From positions 2,336,001 to 2,400,000 of the forward strand of contig CP182352.1 in NCBI GenBank assembly GCA_048571215.1: a stretch of 64,000 nucleotides of DNA, in the 5' to 3' direction. This DNA is from Halarcobacter sp. Its GTDB lineage: Bacteria; Campylobacterota; Campylobacteria; Campylobacterales; Arcobacteraceae. Each line of letters starts with the position of its first letter. Position 1 is the stretch's first letter. The notes beneath the pieces were generated by a model. It was not told the origin of the DNA. It worked only from the letters and a program-made list of their open reading frames with translations, and did not search any database. Positions 58,991 through 64,000 of the stretch are shown piece by piece. Both the position numbers and the translations under genes were made by a program.

Positions 58991-60805
58991 ATGAGTTTAA
59001 GAGATCAAAAATCTTTCCTATCAAATATTCATCCTTTTGAAGTCTTAAATGAAGAACAAATGGATAAATGTATCCGTCACATGGATATAGCTTATTATCC
59101 AAAAGGTGAAGTTTTAATTAGTCCAGACAAAGTATCTAGTAACTTTTTTATTATCATAAAGGGTTGTGTACATGAGATAAAAGATGATGAGATTTTAGTT
59201 GATTATCATCAAGAAGACTCTTTTGATGCAAACTCACTAATATATGGCAAAACAAAAAATACTTTTAAAGTATATGAAGATTTAATATCTTATGAGTTAG
59301 AAAAAGAAACCTTTTTATACTTAGTAGAAAATAATGCCGAATTTAAAGACTTTTTTTTAAATAATTTAGTAAATAAATTTCAAGTTTTAAAACATAAAGA
59401 ATACACCTCTGAGTTATCAACTTTTATGATTGCAAGAGTTTCTGAAGCAGTTTTACATGAACCTTGTATAGTTGAATCAAATACAAAACTAATTGATGCA
59501 ATTGAAAAATCTACAGAATATAAAACTTCCACAATTATTGTAAAAAAAGAGAATACCTATGGAATTATCACAGACTCTTTACTTAAGGTAAAAGTTCTTT
59601 TAGAAAGAAGAGATTTAAATATTCCTGTATCAGAAATTGCTATATTTCCACTACAAACAGTTAACAAAGATGATTATTTGTTTGATGCTTTTTCTATGTT
59701 AATTAAAAGAAATATTAAAAGAATAGGTGTAATTAATACCCAAGGTGAAATTGTAGGTATTTTGGAACAAATAGATGTCCTATCACATTTTGCAAATCAC
59801 ACCTATGTTGTTGACTCAAAAATCAAAAAAGCAAAAAATGTCCAAGAGCTAAAAGAAGCTAGTATTGAACTAATTAACACAATTACAACCCTAAATGCAA
59901 AAGGTGTAAAAGTTCAACATATTTCAAACTTAATTGGTCAACTAAATACAAAAGTCTACCAAAAGCTTTATAAACTTATTGTTCCAGAAGATTTGCAAAA
60001 TGATGCTTGTTTTATTGTTATGGGTAGTGAAGGAAGAAATGAACAAATTATTAAAACAGACCAAGATAATGCTTTAGTTGTTTGTGATGATAAAGATGTG
60101 GAACAATATAGACCATATATGGAAAAAATAACTGCAACTTTAATAGAGTTTGGTTATCCACCATGTCCAGGTAATATTATGGTTTCAAACCCGTTTTGGT
60201 GTAAGAATGTGAAAGACTATAAAACAGAAACAGCAAAATGGATAGAAGCCCCAGATATGCAAAACTATATGGATCTTGCTATATTTTTTGATTCTTTTGC
60301 AGTTGCAGGAAGAAAAGAGTTGCTGATAAATTTAAAAGATGACTTATTTGATAGACTTCATGACAAAGATGTTTTTATGGCATATTTTGCAAAGGCTACC
60401 TTAACCTTTGATACTCCTAGTATAGTTGCAAACTTTATGACTAAAACCCACCTTATTGATATTAAAAAAACTGGAATTTTTCCTATTGTACAAGGGGTTA
60501 GAAGTTTAGCTTTAAGGGAAAAGATTAGAGAAACAACTACAGTAAAAAGAATTAAAATCCTTGCAAGAAAAAAAGTACTTGAACAAGATATGGCAAATGA
60601 ACTATTAGAAGCCTTTGAGGTATTAAATACCTTAAGATTAAAAGGGCATTTACAAAAAAAACAAGATAATAAAAAAATTGATAATGAAATAGATACCCAC
60701 TCTTTAGGTAAAATAGAAAGAGATCTTTTAAAAGATAGTTTTAAAATTGTTATTAGTTTTAAAAAATTTATTACATATTCATTCAAAATAGATAAGTTAT
60801 CATGA
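58991..60805 (+). CDS. cNMP-binding / CBS / DUF294 nucleotidyltransferase protein
   Basis: HPF N-terminus, CBS pair, MGSEGRNEQ...TDQDNA, CPGNIMVSNP, DIKK. Confidence 0.9.
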   Translation: MSLRDQKSFLSNIHPFEVLNEEQMDKCIRHMDIAYYPKGEVLISPDKVSSNFFIIIKGCVHEIKDDEILVDYHQEDSFDANSLIYGKTKNTFKVYEDLISYELEKETFLYLVENNAEFKDFFLNNLVNKFQVLKHKEYTSELSTFMIARVSEAVLHEPCIVESNTKLIDAIEKSTEYKTSTIIVKKENTYGIITDSLLKVKVLLERRDLNIPVSEIAIFPLQTVNKDDYLFDAFSMLIKRNIKRIGVINTQGEIVGILEQIDVLSHFANHTYVVDSKIKKAKNVQELKEASIELINTITTLNAKGVKVQHISNLIGQLNTKVYQKLYKLIVPEDLQNDACFIVMGSEGRNEQIIKTDQDNALVVCDDKDVEQYRPYMEKITATLIEFGYPPCPGNIMVSNPFWCKNVKDYKTETAKWIEAPDMQNYMDLAIFFDSFAVAGRKELLINLKDDLFDRLHDKDVFMAYFAKATLTFDTPSIVANFMTKTHLIDIKKTGIFPIVQGVRSLALREKIRETTTVKRIKILARKKVLEQDMANELLEAFEVLNTLRLKGHLQKKQDNKKIDNEIDTHSLGKIERDLLKDSFKIVISFKKFITYSFKIDKLS

Positions 60806-61434
60806 TAAAAGAATTTTTTAATAATCTAAAAAAAAGAAAATTAAAAGATAAAAAATATGAGTATCTTTTTACTGAACCAAAAAAAGGTGAATATGTTTGT
60901 TTAGATTGTGAAACAACTGGCTTAAATCCAAAAAAAGATGAAATACTCTCAATTGGTGCAGTTTTAATAAAAGATAATAGAGTACTAATGAGAAAAACTC
61001 TTAATATCTTTGTAAAACCTTCAAGACATGTAACAGAAGAGTCTATAAAAATCCACCATATAAGACCTATTGATTTAGAAAATGCAGTTGAACCCAAAAA
61101 AGCTATTTTGGAACTTCTTGAATTTATTGGTAATAGACCAATAGTTGGTTATTACATTAAGTTTGATATTGCCATAATCTCAAAATACACTAAACAAATA
61201 ATTGGTATACCCTTACCAAACGATTCAGTAGAAGTCTCTTCAATGTACTTTAGAACAAAAAAAAGAAGTAGTGATTATGAATTTGTAGATTTAAAATTTG
61301 ACACTATTATGAAAGAGTTAGATATTCCAGAACTTGGTAAACATGATGCTCTCAATGATGCAATTATGACCTCAATGATATTTTTAAAACTAAAAGATAG
61401 AACAGCCGCTAAAACTACTTTTTATACTGGATAA
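60802..61434 (+). CDS. DEDDh 3'-5' exonuclease-family protein
   Basis: DCETTGL, FD, HDALNDA. Confidence 0.9.
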   Translation: MIKEFFNNLKKRKLKDKKYEYLFTEPKKGEYVCLDCETTGLNPKKDEILSIGAVLIKDNRVLMRKTLNIFVKPSRHVTEESIKIHHIRPIDLENAVEPKKAILELLEFIGNRPIVGYYIKFDIAIISKYTKQIIGIPLPNDSVEVSSMYFRTKKRSSDYEFVDLKFDTIMKELDIPELGKHDALNDAIMTSMIFLKLKDRTAAKTTFYTG

Positions 61435-61459
61435 TCATAAAAAATATAATATTTTTGAA

Positions 61460-61477
61460 ATGCTACTTTATTGCTAT
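61460..61477 (+). promoter_or_regulatory. ATGCTAC-N4-TTGCTAT tandem repeat upstream of DUF485-actP
   Basis: Same 11-bp-period repeat as at 56657. Confidence 0.5.
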
Positions 61478-61644
61478 GTTTAATGTAACATTAAGTTACC
61501 AAACTTATTTAAGACCTTAATATAAACTTAATTTTATAGATTGATATCAATATATAATTATTTATAAGTATAATTTTATTTGCATATTAAATGATATATC
61601 AATGCCTATATAGCCATTTAAAATCTAAATAAAAGGACGTATCT

Positions 61645-61959
61645 ATGAAAAATGATATGGTAGAGCGAATTAAAGCTAACCCTTCTTATAAAGAGTTAGT
61701 TAGTAAAAGAAGTAGTTTTGCAGTTAAACTTGGTATCTTTGTTCTTGTAATGTTTTATGCATTTATTTTAACAATTGCATTTGATCCAACATTACTAGCA
61801 GTAAAAACTGGAGATGGGGTTATGACTGTAGCATTTCCAATTGCAGCAGCAATTATTATTATCAGTTTCTTAACAACTTTAATCTATGTAAGAAGAGCAA
61901 ATGGTGAGTTTGAAGATTTGATTGAAAAAGTAAGAGAAGATGTAAAGGATGATTTATAA
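61645..61959 (+). CDS. DUF485 (YjcH-like) membrane protein
   Basis: [18 protein letters not shown]; upstream of actP. Confidence 0.9.
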   Translation: MKNDMVERIKANPSYKELVSKRSSFAVKLGIFVLVMFYAFILTIAFDPTLLAVKTGDGVMTVAFPIAAAIIIISFLTTLIYVRRANGEFEDLIEKVREDVKDDL

Positions 61960-63602
61960 TGTTTAGAATTTTAGCACTTATTTCAGTTTTTGCAATTGCA
62001 TTATTCGCTGAAAATATAGAAGTTCATGGTCAAAGAAGTATAAATATCCCAGCAATTATAATGTTTTTTATATTTGTTGGAGCAACTTTAGTTATCACAT
62101 ATTGGGCAGCAAAAAGAACAAAATCTGCAAGTGATTTTTATACTGCTGGTGGAGGAATCACAGGTTTTCAAAATGGTATGGCTATTGCTGGGGATTATAT
62201 GTCAGCAGCATCATTCCTTGGACTTTCTGGTCTTGTATATTTAAAAGGTTATGATGGTCTTGTATATGCAGTTGGATTTTTAGTTGGTTGGCCTGTTATT
62301 TTATTCTTAATGGCTGAGAAGTTAAGAAATCTAGGTAAATATACATTTGCAGATATTGCAGCTTATAGACTAGGTCAAAAAGAGATAAGAACTCTTGCAT
62401 CATTAGGTTCTTTAGCTGTTGTAACATTATATCTTATTGCACAAATGGTTGGTTCTGGTAAACTAATCCAAGTATTATTTGGTCTTCCATATGAATACGC
62501 AGTAATCTTAGTTGGTATCATGATGATTATTTATGTAACTTTTGGTGGTATGCTTGCAACTACTTGGGTTCAAATTATAAAAGCTATTCTACTTTTATCA
62601 GGGGTAACATTTATGGCATTTATGGTACTAAGTCAGTTTGGATTTTCTTTTGAAGCCTTAGCTGAAAAAGCTGTTGAAAGTCATAACTTAGGTCAAGCAA
62701 TTATGGCACCTGGTGGATTTATATCAGACCCAGTTTCTGCTATCTCTTTAGGTATGGCACTTATGCTTGGTACTGCTGGTCTTCCTCATGTACTTATGAG
62801 ATTCTTCACAGTTGGTAATGCAAAAGAAGCTAGAAAATCAGTTGTTTATGCAACAGGATTTATTGGTTATTTTTACTTAGTTATTGCTGTAATTGGTCTT
62901 GGAGCAATTGTTTTCTTAAATTCTCCAGAAGGTGCTCAATACTTTACAGATGGTAAACTATTTGGTGGAAATAATATGGCTGCAATTCACTTATCACATA
63001 TGGTTGGTGGAAATATCTTTTTAGGATTTATTTCAGCTGTTGCTTTTGCTACAATTTTAGCAGTTGTATCTGGTTTAACTCTTGCAGGAGCATCTGCAAT
63101 TTCACACGACCTTTATGCATCTGTTATCAATCCAGATTGTACAGAAGAGCAAGAGATGAAAATCTCTAAAATGTCAGTAATTGTAATTGGTATTGTTGGA
63201 GTTGTATTAGGTATTGCATTTGAACAACAAAATATTGCATTTATGGTTGGTCTTGCATTTGCTATTGCTGCATCTGCTAACTTCCCAATCTTGTTCTTAT
63301 CAATTTACTGGTCTAAATTAACTACAAGAGGAGCGTTCCTTGGTGGTTTAGTTGGTCTTATAACTGCTGTTACTCTTGTAATCGTAGGTCCAATTGTTTG
63401 GGTTCAAATTTTAGGAAATGCAGAGCCATTATTCCCATATAAACACCCTGCACTATTCTCAGTAACTGCTGCATTTATTGCTATTTGGTTCTTTAGTATC
63501 ACTGATAAATCTCAAAGAGCTAAAGATGAAGAGATAGCATTTGAAGCACAAAAAGTTAGAGCTGAAACTGGTTTTGGAGCTGATGGAGCTGTTGATCACT
63601 AA
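61959..63602 (+). CDS. actP: Cation/acetate symporter ActP
   Basis: [58 protein letters not shown]. Confidence 0.93.
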   Translation: MFRILALISVFAIALFAENIEVHGQRSINIPAIIMFFIFVGATLVITYWAAKRTKSASDFYTAGGGITGFQNGMAIAGDYMSAASFLGLSGLVYLKGYDGLVYAVGFLVGWPVILFLMAEKLRNLGKYTFADIAAYRLGQKEIRTLASLGSLAVVTLYLIAQMVGSGKLIQVLFGLPYEYAVILVGIMMIIYVTFGGMLATTWVQIIKAILLLSGVTFMAFMVLSQFGFSFEALAEKAVESHNLGQAIMAPGGFISDPVSAISLGMALMLGTAGLPHVLMRFFTVGNAKEARKSVVYATGFIGYFYLVIAVIGLGAIVFLNSPEGAQYFTDGKLFGGNNMAAIHLSHMVGGNIFLGFISAVAFATILAVVSGLTLAGASAISHDLYASVINPDCTEEQEMKISKMSVIVIGIVGVVLGIAFEQQNIAFMVGLAFAIAASANFPILFLSIYWSKLTTRGAFLGGLVGLITAVTLVIVGPIVWVQILGNAEPLFPYKHPALFSVTAAFIAIWFFSITDKSQRAKDEEIAFEAQKVRAETGFGADGAVDH

Positions 63603-63617
63603 TAATATAAATTGTAC

Positions 63618-63646
63618 ACTAAAGAGAGTTTAAAACTCTCTTTAGT
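63618..63646 (+). terminator. Hairpin after actP
   Basis: actaaagagagtt-taa-aactctctttagt. Confidence 0.7.
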
Positions 63647-63732
63647 ATTTAAACTTTTCAAGCTCCTAAAACAACTTATCATTTTTTATATGATAATCTT
63701 TAAGAAGATAAAATAAATTATAAAGATAAAAC

Positions 63733-64000
63733 ATGAGTATACTAGAGCAATTAACTTTTATAAAGTCTATCCACCCCTTTGAAAACTTATCAAAAAATGA
63801 ATTAGAAGAGTTTTCAAATTCACTTGATATTGTTTATTATAAAAAAGACCAAGTATTGCAAGAGGCAAAAAAAGAGCCTGAAAATCTATATTTTATAATA
63901 AAAGGATTGGTTCAAGAAAAACTAGATGAAGAGGTTTTATCAATTTTTTCAAAAAATGAGTTTTTTGACCCAATCTCTTTAATAGAAAACTTTTCTAAAC
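63733..64000 (+). CDS. Second cNMP/CBS/DUF294 paralog (runs off the window edge)
   Basis: MSILEQLTFIKSIHPFENLS...DIVYY...FIIKG...FDPISLI aligns with the N-terminus of 58991-60805. Confidence 0.85.
   Translation, partial: MSILEQLTFIKSIHPFENLSKNELEEFSNSLDIVYYKKDQVLQEAKKEPENLYFIIKGLVQEKLDEEVLSIFSKNEFFDPISLIENFSK

Overview
AT-rich chromosomal segment of a Campylobacterota bacterium, most likely Arcobacteraceae (inferred from gene content and order). Left part: AmmeMemoRadiSam genes, hemH, cytochrome c, ccoS/ccoI and a REC-GGDEF-EAL protein. Then a ~24 kb formate-respiration, tungsten and selenium region: wtpABC-type transporter, moeA, a cysteine-desulfurase-like gene, a ModE-like regulator split into two ORFs, fdhD, fdhABC with a selenocysteine FdhA, a three-component sensor, a transglutaminase-merT-merP triad, yedF, Sec-containing selD, tRNA-Sec, selA and selB. 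A shared palindrome GGTAAA-N6-TTTACY sits at four of these gene starts. Middle: gmk, tsf, rpsB, a fluoroacetate-dehalogenase-like hydrolase, an FqrB-like reductase and a Sco-MCP pair. The most unusual stretch is 40.9-42.7 kb: an integrase-less array of tiny membrane-protein genes, most preceded by the 3' stump of another gene (one is an Rhs-like pre-toxin fragment) and separated by a conserved CTGTC(A/C)CCTTTATT-type motif, suggesting site-specific collection of orphan immunity cassettes. Right part: MoxR-vWA operon, murE, nifU-like, an unannotated 39-aa ORF, ileS, mqo, cinA, a tandemly duplicated Lys-Glu-Val-Asp tRNA unit, a two-component system and two paralogous solute-symporter/DUF294 modules with a shared direct-repeat motif. 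No database searches were run; family calls rest on recognised motifs and gene context.
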